NCBI GenBank assembly: GCA_036351015.1
Contig: JAZBOG010000003.1
Coordinates: 257,102 to 321,101 of the forward strand
Direction: 5' to 3'
Source: Bacteroidales bacterium
GTDB taxonomy: Bacteria; Bacteroidota; Bacteroidia; Bacteroidales; UBA12077
Length of the DNA stretch: 64,000 nucleotides
The position numbers and the translations under genes were made by a program. This document shows positions 18,210-27,748 of the stretch, one piece after another. The first letter of the stretch is position 1. The number at the start of each line of letters is the position of its first letter. Under the pieces are notes generated by a model that did not search any database, was not told the origin of the DNA, and saw only the letters and a list, made by a program, of their open reading frames with translations.

Positions 18210-19349
18210 TTATTTTATCGATAAATTAAATCTTTGATCAGGAGATGAATAAAATTCTTCTAAAGAATTAGTGTATATAAAATGATCGAGCTTATATTTG
18301 ATTTGAAATACTTTAGGATTTTTTGCGCCAACAGGAACCAGCATTAAAGATCTTTTTCCTTCAACTAAAGAGGGATTTGAATATGCTCCTTCCCTATTAT
18401 CAAAATTTACATCAAAATAATATAAATAAGGATAAATCCATTCAACATATCTTCTTTTGGAGGCATTTGAATAAGACAATATGTTTAAATCATTATAATT
18501 TTCTGTGATAGCTTTTTGAAACTCTACAGCATTAAGCGGTGTATTATGGAGTACAGGCATGGTGTTCCATTGTCCATCGAGAAAAGCCCACTTGCCGATA
18601 TCCTCCAGATACACTTCAACAACAACATGTCCGGCTCCGTAACGCCTGGTTTCAACATCCCGGGTTTTTAGCCCCATTATTCTTGCTTTCATTCCAACGG
18701 CATTAAGACATGCTGAAGCAACAATTCCATATTCAACACACCTGAAATTTTTACCTTGCTTTGCGTCGTCTAAAATTGATATTGCATCTGGTTTTTCGGG
18801 GACGTTGTTTCCGTTATGTTTCCATTGATGATGAACCCAGTTCAAAATAGCCAGGGCTTTCTCTTTATCCGACTTCAAGTTTCGCACTAAATCTTCGACA
18901 GGGTATTTTGTACGCAGTAATTTTAAATATTCACTATCTCTATTATTATCATACCAAAATTGTACTTCATTATTTAACACAGTATCAAATTGGAGATTAA
19001 CATATGCCGGAGTCACTCCTTTTACTACCGTTTGAGCAACGGCTGTGTCATTAAGTGCTATATAAAACTTATGCGACTGCCCTGGCGTTATTTTAAAAGC
19101 AATACTGTCGATATCTGTAAAGAAAACAAACTCTTCACCTCGATCAAGAAAACATGAAATAAACAAACTATCTGATTCAATTTGGGGAGTAATATTCCAT
19201 GCATTAATATACCAGTCATCACCTACTCTATAGTTTACTTGCACATTATTTGCTTGTATCATAGGAAATCCGTCATATTCCTGATTCGCTTTTCCTTCGT
19301 TCAAAGAGAGCATAAGAATAGCTGTGAAAAAATTTATTACATTTTTCAT
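18210..19349 (-). CDS. secreted transglutaminase-like cysteine protease-fold protein
   Basis: The protein has a signal peptide. The core has Cys in FRCVEYGIVASACLNAVG, His in GAGHVVVEVY and Asp in WAFLDGQ. Confidence 0.6.
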   Translation of the reverse strand: MKNVINFFTAILMLSLNEGKANQEYDGFPMIQANNVQVNYRVGDDWYINAWNITPQIESDSLFISCFLDRGEEFVFFTDIDSIAFKITPGQSHKFYIALNDTAVAQTVVKGVTPAYVNLQFDTVLNNEVQFWYDNNRDSEYLKLLRTKYPVEDLVRNLKSDKEKALAILNWVHHQWKHNGNNVPEKPDAISILDDAKQGKNFRCVEYGIVASACLNAVGMKARIMGLKTRDVETRRYGAGHVVVEVYLEDIGKWAFLDGQWNTMPVLHNTPLNAVEFQKAITENYNDLNILSYSNASKRRYVEWIYPYLYYFDVNFDNREGAYSNPSLVEGKRSLMLVPVGAKNPKVFQIKYKLDHFIYTNSLEEFYSSPDQRFNLSIK

Positions 19350-19460
19350 TCGTTCTAATTATTAAAGTTTAAGAAGAAAGCTGCTCAGAAGCATTAACTA
19401 TAAAAGCACCGATATAGTAGCTTAACAAACAAAAAAGGTTTCTCCCGAGCAGCGTAAATA

Positions 19461-20246
19461 TTATTTTTTCCGAAGATAAATATTATCATTAATGGTTGAG
19501 AGCTTAATATCAACACCCCCACCATTAATGGTTCCATTAATTTTCTGTCCGCCACCAATATAGCTTAAACCATTTTTGGTTTTCTTTTCGAAATTGATAT
19601 CAAAATTGGTAAAAATTTCACCATTAATGGTACTTAAAGAAATTTTGGCTGGCGTACTATGGGGTAAAGTGATATCAACCACCCCGTTAATTGAGCTTAT
19701 CGAAGTAGGGGCTTCCTGGTTAATGGATGAAAAAGCAATATTAATATCACCATTGGTGGTATTGAGAACCACAGGGCCAGTCACATTTTTCAAATCTAAA
19801 TTACGGTTTAGGGTCGATATCTCTAATTCATTACTGAAATTAACCACTCTAATGGTTTCTTTAGCAAATGGACTTCGATAATCAATTTTAACATTAACAC
19901 CCTTAGGAACTTTAAAAATATATTTAGCATCCTCAGCTTTTTTACTTGCCCCCTGAATCTCGATTATACCTCCCTGGTTTAAAACCTGCAATCCAATTTC
20001 GGTATTGTCTTCAGCGCCATTGCCGTATAAGGATTTTAACCCTTCGGCTCTAGCAGGTTTTTTAGGGAAATTCGCTCCTTCAATGATTAATTGGCTTCCG
20101 GAAATTTCTTCAATATTTATTTCACCCACCAGGTTTTTTATCTCAATCTGCTTCGATTGGCCTATGTTATATTTAAAACTCTGAGCAAATCCAGTACTTA
20201 GAGTTAGTACAAAAACCACTGTAATTATTGAACGTATTGTTTTCAT
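19461..20246 (-). CDS. DUF4097-type beta-strand repeat protein, secreted
   Basis: The protein has a signal peptide and repeats such as TNGDINI, INGVVDITL, INGEIFT and INDNIYLRK. It lies downstream of the ECF sigma/anti-sigma pair. Confidence 0.6.
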   Translation of the reverse strand: MKTIRSIITVVFVLTLSTGFAQSFKYNIGQSKQIEIKNLVGEINIEEISGSQLIIEGANFPKKPARAEGLKSLYGNGAEDNTEIGLQVLNQGGIIEIQGASKKAEDAKYIFKVPKGVNVKIDYRSPFAKETIRVVNFSNELEISTLNRNLDLKNVTGPVVLNTTNGDINIAFSSINQEAPTSISSINGVVDITLPHSTPAKISLSTINGEIFTNFDINFEKKTKNGLSYIGGGQKINGTINGGGVDIKLSTINDNIYLRKK

Positions 20247-20313
20247 GATTTAATTAATTTAATTTTTGATTTAACATTAAAATTTATGGTTGTATTGCCG
20301 GCTGCTTTTGCTG

Positions 20314-21111
20314 TTATATAAAAACCTTTAACCCTTCTTCGGCCTGCTGCTTTACAACAGGGATGGTGTTTTCATTTTGCAAAATCTTTTGAAAAGCTTT
20401 TTTGGCTTTTTTATCCTGAATTTGTGTTAAGATACTTATCAAGGTAATTTGTAATGCAGGGTCATCTTCATGTTCAAGACTTTCAACAAGCACATTACGC
20501 ACTTTTACATTTTCCGGATATTTTGACAATGCATTTGCTGCAGCCATTTTAACATTTACATTATCATCATTTGTTAAAGCATTTATTAACACATCTATCA
20601 TTTTATCATCGGGAGCATGCTGTTCACTAATAGTATTTACAGCTTTTAACCGCTGACTGGCTGTAGCATGAGATAAAGAAGCCATCGATAAATTTTGCTG
20701 CACCTCATAGAGTTCTTTTCGTAACATTGCAATCTCTGCCTGGTTGGCATTTCTTACCTGCACTTGTTGCCCAAATAAAAATCCGATGCCAATCAAAATA
20801 ATTGTTGCAGCTGCATATTTAATAAAATTCCAGTACAGCTGATTATTTTTATTGATTACATTCTTAGCGGTCTCTTTATCCAATTGCTTTTTTTCCTTTT
20901 CAAGCATAGCATAAAAACCATCTTTTAAACTGTTGTCAGGATTTTTATCTTCAATCATTTTTAAATCATCAAATAATTGAAGCATCAGCAAATATTCGCT
21001 TCTACACGACTCACATTCAAGCAAATGCTCTTCAATAGCCGCTTTTAAATCATCAGAAATATTTCCTTCGATAAAATCAGCGATTATATTTTGTAAGTTT
21101 CTGCATTCCAT
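20314..21111 (-). CDS. anti-sigma factor (zf-HC2) with one TM segment and a C-terminal HEAT-repeat domain
   Basis: The zinc-finger motif is HLLECESCRSEY and the TM segment is YAAATIILIGIGFLFG. The C-terminal repeats NALTNDDNVNVKMAAANALSKY / LVESLEHEDDPALQITLISIL look HEAT-like. Confidence 0.7.
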   Translation of the reverse strand: MECRNLQNIIADFIEGNISDDLKAAIEEHLLECESCRSEYLLMLQLFDDLKMIEDKNPDNSLKDGFYAMLEKEKKQLDKETAKNVINKNNQLYWNFIKYAAATIILIGIGFLFGQQVQVRNANQAEIAMLRKELYEVQQNLSMASLSHATASQRLKAVNTISEQHAPDDKMIDVLINALTNDDNVNVKMAAANALSKYPENVKVRNVLVESLEHEDDPALQITLISILTQIQDKKAKKAFQKILQNENTIPVVKQQAEEGLKVFI

Positions 21112-21122
21112 GATTTTTACTT

Positions 21123-21665
21123 TTATGCTAATTCAAAATAAACCTCTTTTAATTTATGAACAGCCCGGTGAACTTTTACTTTTATCGCAGCAACTGAGCT
21201 CCCGGTAATTTCTGAAATTTCCTGGTACTTTAGTCCCTGAAACTTGCTAAGCTCAATGATTTCTTGCTGTTCGGGAGTAAGCTGGCTCAGGGCCTCCAAT
21301 AAATTGTTCTTTTTGGCTTCAAAATCCATTGCTTCAATAGCCGTTTTCTCATCCTGCATAAGATGTTCCGGTTCGAAATAATCCGATTGTAAAAATTTAT
21401 TGTTCTGATAGTGCTTAAAAAGAACATTACGGGCAATCTGATACATCCATGTCCGGAATTTCCAATACTCATTATAACTTTCGCGATAAGCAATAATGCG
21501 TTGAAAAACCGTCTGGGTTAAATCTTTGCTTATTTCTGTGTTTCGACAAAGTCTTAAAAAAAAATTATATAATTTAATGTGATATTTTTCAAACAATGGG
21601 GCTAGTGAATCTAAATGGCCATCTTTTACTTTACCCATTAATTGTTCGTCGACTAAATATTCCAC
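21123..21665 (-). CDS. ECF-type RNA polymerase sigma-70 family factor
   Basis: The 180-aa protein has region 2 (DLTQTVFQRIIAYRESY...WMYQIARNV) and a region 4 HTH (LTPEQQEIIELSKFQGLKYQEISEITGSSVAAIKVKVHRA). Confidence 0.85.
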   Translation of the reverse strand: MEYLVDEQLMGKVKDGHLDSLAPLFEKYHIKLYNFFLRLCRNTEISKDLTQTVFQRIIAYRESYNEYWKFRTWMYQIARNVLFKHYQNNKFLQSDYFEPEHLMQDEKTAIEAMDFEAKKNNLLEALSQLTPEQQEIIELSKFQGLKYQEISEITGSSVAAIKVKVHRAVHKLKEVYFELA

Positions 21666-21801
21666 TCCATGAAATTTTTATTATTTGTTCTGTAAGGGTT
21701 ATCCAAATTTTGTAAAAAGGTTACAAAAATTTTTTTCTTTTTTAAAAATATTAAAACATTCACAGAAATCATTATGATTCAATAAATTAAATTTTGATGG
21801 T

Positions 21802-22413
21802 TTATGGAAGGATAATTGGATTGAAAGTAAATTTCTTATCAGAAAAATACTGCAATACCCTGGGTAAAGTGTAATACAAATTTTTCCAGGCCCTGAGGTT
21901 ATCATGAAAAACAACGATCGAACCAGAAACCGATTGTTCCACAACATTCTTGAAACATTGTTCGGGGAGGGTTGAAGGATCATAATCCTTGCTTAACACA
22001 TCCCACATCACCAGGTGATACTCTTTTTTGAGCTGTCTGATCTGTTTACAGGTTATTTCTCCGTACGGAGGACGGAATAGTTTTGAATGAATCAATTCAG
22101 AAGCTTTGCATATCTCCTTATAATATTCCTGATTTCTTGTATTCCATCCGCTAAGATGTGAATAGCTATGATTTCCAACAACATGCCCCTCATCTATAAC
22201 TTGTTGAAAAAGCCCAGGATACTGCTCCACTTTTTCACCTAAGCAAAAAAACGTAGCCCGGGCTTTATACTCTTTTAAAACCGAAAGAACCCACGGAGTA
22301 ACTTCAGGAGTGGGTCCATCGTCAAAAGTTAAAAAAATTTCATCCTTCCGCTGCGGAAAATACCAGGTCAACTGACGAAATATTCTTGCAGCAAGACGTT
22401 CTTTGGTCAGCAT
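21802..22413 (-). CDS. polysaccharide deacetylase (NodB homology, CE4)
   Basis: The protein carries LTFDDGP, GNHSYSH and RPPYGE motifs. Confidence 0.8.
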   Translation of the reverse strand: MLTKERLAARIFRQLTWYFPQRKDEIFLTFDDGPTPEVTPWVLSVLKEYKARATFFCLGEKVEQYPGLFQQVIDEGHVVGNHSYSHLSGWNTRNQEYYKEICKASELIHSKLFRPPYGEITCKQIRQLKKEYHLVMWDVLSKDYDPSTLPEQCFKNVVEQSVSGSIVVFHDNLRAWKNLYYTLPRVLQYFSDKKFTFNPIILP

Positions 22414-22414
22414 C

Positions 22415-25400
22415 CTATCGATATTGTTGCATATAATTCAGAAAATGCTGCTCGATCTGTTTACTCATCGCCTGTTGATTATTTTTGGATGTGATATGAT
22501 ACAGCTCCTGTAAAATATAGAGGTTGGTTTGTATCTCCTGATTCATTTCGTGCGGTCCACTTCTGAATTTCGGAGGCAGGCCAAAATAATATTCCAGCTC
22601 TGCCACCACGATATCATTTAGTCTTTGTGCCAGCCGGGTTGCAACTTCCTGGTTTCCGGCATGAAAATATGCCGAAATAACCGACAACAGGGTATTGTTG
22701 AACGGGATCACATCCTCCGGAAAAAGCTCCATGCACCGGTCTAAAACCATCAGGGAAGAGTCTTTTTTTCCTTCCCCGATTAATTTTTCAGCCAGTCGCC
22801 CAAAATTGCTCCGCATATTCGAAAACATCCGGATATTGTTTTCGTCCAGGTAAAGATTACGTTCACCAATGCCACCCCACTTAAAGGTATTCATCACATG
22901 ATCATACATCAGGTCGGCATCTACCTCACCTACGTAAAATCTTTCCGACTCGGCCTCTACCGGAACCAGCTGGTAGGTTAATCCATCAAGCTTAAAATAC
23001 TTCTGAAGATTAAAATATTTTGAGCTTGTAACCGTCATCGCCCAGTATATTGGGCGTTCCCAGTTGTTGGTAGCCAACAGGTCAAGCAGCATCAATCCAT
23101 CCTTATACAAATAGCTGTTGCCGATGTTCCACTGCATTTCATCGACAATACGATCTGCATATGCTTCACTGACGATGTTATTCTCCAGGATTGCCGCAGA
23201 ATCGATGGTGAGCTTAAATTTTTTGGTTGGGATATAGTTAATTCTTTCATTTCGCACAAAAGGCGAATTCATCTTCGTTTTATCATCGTCGCTGGCAACA
23301 AAGTCGATGACCTGTTTCAGTTCGACCGGTTTTCCTACCCGGTCGATCATCGGTAAGATATCCCGGTTGCCCCGGTGGATCTTATCATGGGTCAGGGTAA
23401 AAGGCATCGGATCGGCCTCATAGGATTTCCTGCTCATTTGTTCGATATACCAGGAGGCACGCAGGTAACTCAAATTACATAATTTAATATCTGTACGTAT
23501 TCCCTCCACCTCCTGGGCATACCAGAGCGGGAAGGTATCGTTATCGCCATTGGTAAATAATATGGCATCCTCCTTACACGAATTCAGGTAATTGTAGGCC
23601 AGGTCACGGGCCGTATAGCGGCCCGAACGATCGTGATCGTCCCAGTTTTCTTTGGCCATCACCCCCGGTACAAAAACCAGGGTAATAATTGTTACTAATC
23701 CTGCCGATAAGGTATCCGGCATTTTTCTTCGCAAAAAGTCAATGATTCCGCTTACACCAATGCCAATCCATATGGCAAAGGCATAAAATGACCCTGCATA
23801 AGCATAATCCCTTTCGCGTGGTTGTATCGGATACTGATTTAAGTAAACAACAATGGCCACCCCTGTAAGAATAAACAACATCAGGACCACCACAAAATCA
23901 TGCTTGTTTCGTTTATAGTGAAAAAGTAAACCAATTATACCCAAAAGGAAAGGTAACATATAATAGGTATTCCTTGCCGGATTATCTTTCAGATGTTCGG
24001 GCACTTTATCCTGATCACCCAGGCGTGCATCATCAATAAAAGGGATTCCGCTGATCCAGTTCCCATGAAGGATGTTCCCATGTCCCTGGATATCATTCTG
24101 ACGTCCGGAAAAATTCCACATAAAATAACGCCAGTACATATGCCCTACCTGGTATTTAAAAAAGAATGCCAGGTTATCACCCAACGTGGGCCTTACCTTT
24201 TGCTCATTTTCTCCCCGCGGATTTTGTATCGTAATTTCCTTCCCGTCAAGGTTGACCCATTTTTTATATTCATTTATATGGTTGGGGTCGCTACTGTACA
24301 TCCTGGGGAAGAGGGTTGTAAACCGTTCGTCATATTCCACCTCCATTTTATAATCAACCACTTCATAACGACCATTCTTTTTAATATAAACAGGTTTGGT
24401 TTGCCTGTTCCGAACCATCGGGGCATCAAAGGTATGGCCATAGATTAAGGGGCGGTCGCCATATTGTTCCCGGTTGATATAATAGAGCAAATCAAACACA
24501 TTATCCGGGTTGTTCTGGTCCATGGGGGGATCTGCCGACGAACGAATAACGATCATGGCAAAAGATGAATAACCGATTAAAATCACTGTTATCCCTGATA
24601 AGATCGTATGGTAGATTACTTTTTTCTTCTGCCGGGTATAGCGTAACCCCCAGACAATTACAGCCATTAAGGCTGCTGCATAAAAAATCACCCCCGAATT
24701 ATAGGGCAACCCAAATCCATTGACAAAAAGAAGGTCAAACCAGGAAGCGACTTTTACTACCCCGGGAATAAGAATATACATGATGGACCCCAGGAGCACC
24801 CCCGATACGACCAGGGCATAAAAAACCCCCTTGGATGTTACGGGATATTTTTTAAAATAATACACAAACACAATTGCCGGGATGGCCAAAAGGTTCAGCA
24901 AGTGAACGCCAATGGACAGCCCCATTAAATAAGCAATTAGAATCAGCCAGCGGTTGGCATACTTCTGTTCCGATTCGTTTTCCCACTTCAGGATAGCCCA
25001 GAAAACAACTGCAGTAAACAAGGAGGAGGTAGCATAAACCTCAGCTTCGACCGCTGAAAACCAAAAGGTGTCGGAAAAAGTATAAGCTAACGCACCAACC
25101 AGGCCGCTGCCTATAATCGCCAGGATCTTGCCGGTACTATAATGATTGTTGGAAACAAAAATCTTTCGTACCAAATGCGTAATCGTCCAGTACAAAAATA
25201 AAATGGTAAATGCACTGGCCAACGCCGACATCAGGTTTACCATCTGGGCCGCATTCGAAGGATCTCCGGCAAATAAAGTAAAGATCCTCCCCAGAATCAT
25301 AAAAAAAGGAGCCCCGGGAGGGTGTCCGACTTCCAATCGGTAAGCAGAAGCAATAAATTCACCACAGTCCCAAAAACTGGCTGTCGGTTCGAGGGTTAGG

Positions 25401-25477
25401 ATATATACCAAGGCAGCGATTAAAAAAGTCAACCACCCTGCCAGGTTATTATAAAACCGGAAATTTTTCATGATCAC
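22415..25477 (-). CDS. DUF2723-family large membrane protein (GT-C-like glycosyltransferase fold)
   Basis: The protein is 1020 aa. The N-terminal FWDCGEFIASAYRLEVGHPPGAPFFMILGRIF is the DUF2723 signature. It has many TM helices followed by a soluble C-terminal half. Confidence 0.75.
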   Translation of the reverse strand: MIMKNFRFYNNLAGWLTFLIAALVYILTLEPTASFWDCGEFIASAYRLEVGHPPGAPFFMILGRIFTLFAGDPSNAAQMVNLMSALASAFTILFLYWTITHLVRKIFVSNNHYSTGKILAIIGSGLVGALAYTFSDTFWFSAVEAEVYATSSLFTAVVFWAILKWENESEQKYANRWLILIAYLMGLSIGVHLLNLLAIPAIVFVYYFKKYPVTSKGVFYALVVSGVLLGSIMYILIPGVVKVASWFDLLFVNGFGLPYNSGVIFYAAALMAVIVWGLRYTRQKKKVIYHTILSGITVILIGYSSFAMIVIRSSADPPMDQNNPDNVFDLLYYINREQYGDRPLIYGHTFDAPMVRNRQTKPVYIKKNGRYEVVDYKMEVEYDERFTTLFPRMYSSDPNHINEYKKWVNLDGKEITIQNPRGENEQKVRPTLGDNLAFFFKYQVGHMYWRYFMWNFSGRQNDIQGHGNILHGNWISGIPFIDDARLGDQDKVPEHLKDNPARNTYYMLPFLLGIIGLLFHYKRNKHDFVVVLMLFILTGVAIVVYLNQYPIQPRERDYAYAGSFYAFAIWIGIGVSGIIDFLRRKMPDTLSAGLVTIITLVFVPGVMAKENWDDHDRSGRYTARDLAYNYLNSCKEDAILFTNGDNDTFPLWYAQEVEGIRTDIKLCNLSYLRASWYIEQMSRKSYEADPMPFTLTHDKIHRGNRDILPMIDRVGKPVELKQVIDFVASDDDKTKMNSPFVRNERINYIPTKKFKLTIDSAAILENNIVSEAYADRIVDEMQWNIGNSYLYKDGLMLLDLLATNNWERPIYWAMTVTSSKYFNLQKYFKLDGLTYQLVPVEAESERFYVGEVDADLMYDHVMNTFKWGGIGERNLYLDENNIRMFSNMRSNFGRLAEKLIGEGKKDSSLMVLDRCMELFPEDVIPFNNTLLSVISAYFHAGNQEVATRLAQRLNDIVVAELEYYFGLPPKFRSGPHEMNQEIQTNLYILQELYHITSKNNQQAMSKQIEQHFLNYMQQYR

Positions 25478-25616
25478 AGATTTTTATAAAATAAAACTCT
25501 AAAATAAATAAATAACCCTGTTTTTGAAATATTATTTTGGCTTAATTGAAAAATACCCGTTTTCGGGGTTCTTTTTAAAGCATTTTTCTTATTTTCGAGA
25601 ACATAAATAACCTCCA

Positions 25617-26750
25617 ATGAACAAGAAACAGGTTTACTTAACATTTATCATTTTTTTTCTGGGTGTATTAAACAGTTTTCCTCAAAGCTATCCCCCATTT
25701 TATTTTACCGACACAACGACTGACTCCACTCAAAACAACAAGATCTTCCTGCAAATCGACAATTCAACTTTTTTTAAAAATAACGAGTACTTTGGAGATA
25801 TTGCCAAAGGATATACCTTGCTTGGTTTTCACCTCACTCCCCGGCTGATCTACCAGCCCCATGAGAGAACAACGATCCGGCTGGGAACACAACTTTTAAA
25901 TTATTATGGCAGGGAGGATGAACTAAAGGTTTCACTCCTGTTTTCTTTTCAATACCAACTCCACAAAAATCTAAACCTGACGCTCGGCAGCATCCGGGGA
26001 ACATTAAATCACCGGCTTATTGAGCCTTTATTCGATTACGAAAGGTTTTTTACTCACCCACCAGAGAGTGGTATTCAATTTTTATGGGATAGTAAGAACC
26101 TATGGGGAGATTTATGGCTTGACTGGGAGCAACAGATCTTTTATGATGAGCCCTTTCAGGAAAAATTTAACGTGGGATTGTCATTAAATTATAAGCTATT
26201 TACACAAAATGACTTTTGCCTTTCCATTCCATTTCAAAACATTATCCGGCACCAGGGAGGACAGATCAACAGCAATAATGATCCCCTGGTTACTATCTTC
26301 AATAATGCTACGGGAATAAGGGGGGAAACAAATCTTTCCGGAAAATTTATACATCAAACCCGATTAAGCTCTTACATCGTTACTTATCAGGATTTATCAC
26401 CCTCCAAACAACAAATGTTTATTGATGGTACAGCCAGCTATTCAACCCTGGAATTTTCAGGTATGCATTTTAATATTTTGTTGGGGTACTGGTACGGAAA
26501 ACAGTTTATAGCCCCCTTGGGGAATCCTCTCTATGAAACCTATTCCCGGACCAACATTTTTGTCGAAGAACCTATCCGACAACTACTTACGGCAAAGATT
26601 AATTATCACCAGCAGATTTTTAAAGGCATATGGCTGGATGTACGTTTTGAGCCTTTTATGGATTTAATGAATGGATCCCTGGAATACAGTTATGGGATGG
26701 TGATCATCTTTTCTGAGCGTTTTTTTCTGAAAAAAATTGACCGTAATTAA
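25617..26750 (+). CDS. hypothetical secreted protein, possibly an outer-membrane beta-barrel
   Basis: The protein has a signal peptide (VYLTFIIFFLGVLNSFPQ) and alternating aromatic/hydrophilic strands. I recognise no family. Confidence 0.4.
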   Translation: MNKKQVYLTFIIFFLGVLNSFPQSYPPFYFTDTTTDSTQNNKIFLQIDNSTFFKNNEYFGDIAKGYTLLGFHLTPRLIYQPHERTTIRLGTQLLNYYGREDELKVSLLFSFQYQLHKNLNLTLGSIRGTLNHRLIEPLFDYERFFTHPPESGIQFLWDSKNLWGDLWLDWEQQIFYDEPFQEKFNVGLSLNYKLFTQNDFCLSIPFQNIIRHQGGQINSNNDPLVTIFNNATGIRGETNLSGKFIHQTRLSSYIVTYQDLSPSKQQMFIDGTASYSTLEFSGMHFNILLGYWYGKQFIAPLGNPLYETYSRTNIFVEEPIRQLLTAKINYHQQIFKGIWLDVRFEPFMDLMNGSLEYSYGMVIIFSERFFLKKIDRN

Positions 26751-27271
26751 TCCAGGATAAATCTCCAGGGTTTGTTCTTCCAATACTCCCCGGCATAATC
26801 AATGCCTACCCGGGGAGCGGTTTTAAAACGAACCTTCTCCGGGTGGCACGGATTTTCAATCCATAGGTGATGCGAAGTGTTAAGATGTATACCATAAAAA
26901 GAGTGATCGATCGATAAGTTCTTCGTAATTTTTCCCGGACCATCAAACCCCTCAATTCCTCTTATTAAAACAGCCTGGGGGTTATTCTCCTCGCCGGTTA
27001 CCACATTCAGCATCCAATACATACCATAGATCAGATAAACATAGAGGTGTCCCCCCTGGTGATACATGATCTCCGTTCGTTTGGTTCGTCCTTTTTGGGC
27101 ATGACAGGCCAGGTCTTCTTCTCCACGGTATGCCTCCACCTCGGTAATTAAAAATTTCCGAAAGGTCTGATCATCATACTTCCGTACTAATATTTTCCCC
27201 AATAAACCGGGGGCGACCTCTAAAACATCTCGGGTATAGAAAGCTGTGGGTAAACGATCATTTTTTTTCAT
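26747..27271 (-). CDS. DNA-3-methyladenine glycosylase (Mpg/AAG family)
   Basis: FYTRDVLEVAPGLLGKILVRK...ITEVEAYRGEEDLACHA...GHLYVYLIYGMYWMLNVV...AVLIRGIE matches the MPG family pattern. Confidence 0.85.
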   Translation of the reverse strand: MKKNDRLPTAFYTRDVLEVAPGLLGKILVRKYDDQTFRKFLITEVEAYRGEEDLACHAQKGRTKRTEIMYHQGGHLYVYLIYGMYWMLNVVTGEENNPQAVLIRGIEGFDGPGKITKNLSIDHSFYGIHLNTSHHLWIENPCHPEKVRFKTAPRVGIDYAGEYWKNKPWRFILD

Positions 27272-27277
27272 TCCAAC

Positions 27278-27748
27278 TCAATACTCAATTTTATCCTCTT
27301 TATTTCTCCATTTTTCAAAGGCTGCAATGGCTTCTTCACGCAGAACCTGGCGGGTAGGAATTTTTCGGTGTTCAATCGACTTTTCCAGCTCTTCGTATAT
27401 AAAAGAGTCGTCAAAATCAATATCCCGAGCATCGTTCTTGGTATTGGCAAAATAGATCTGATCCAGGTGGGCCCAATAGATTGCACCCAAACACATGGGA
27501 CAGGGTTCGCAGGATGAATAAATCTGACAACCGCTTAAATCAAAAGTCCCCAGTTTTCGGGTGGCTTCACGGATTGCATTTATTTCCGCATGCGCGGTTG
27601 GATCATTGCTTGAGGTGACCCGGTTGGTTCCTTTGGCAATAACTTCTCCGTTTTTAACAATAACTGCTCCAAAAGGACCTCCTCCTTCATCGACATTTTT
27701 AAGCGAAAGCTTGATGGCTTCACGCATATAATCTTCGTTATTCTTCAT
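27278..27748 (-). CDS. CDA-fold nucleoside deaminase, guanine-deaminase-like
   Basis: The zinc motifs are HAEINAIREA and PCPMCLGAIYWA. The C-terminal DIDFDDSFIYEE resembles GuaD. The start is placed at MKNNEDYMREAI; longer starts overlap the upstream gene more. Confidence 0.75.
   Translation of the reverse strand: MKNNEDYMREAIKLSLKNVDEGGGPFGAVIVKNGEVIAKGTNRVTSSNDPTAHAEINAIREATRKLGTFDLSGCQIYSSCEPCPMCLGAIYWAHLDQIYFANTKNDARDIDFDDSFIYEELEKSIEHRKIPTRQVLREEAIAAFEKWRNKEDKIEY

Noticed and set aside
21699-21983. A 94-aa minus-strand ORF overlapping the 3' end of the deacetylase gene
   Set aside because: It overlaps a well-supported CDS in another frame, and its remainder lies in an AT-rich intergenic region.
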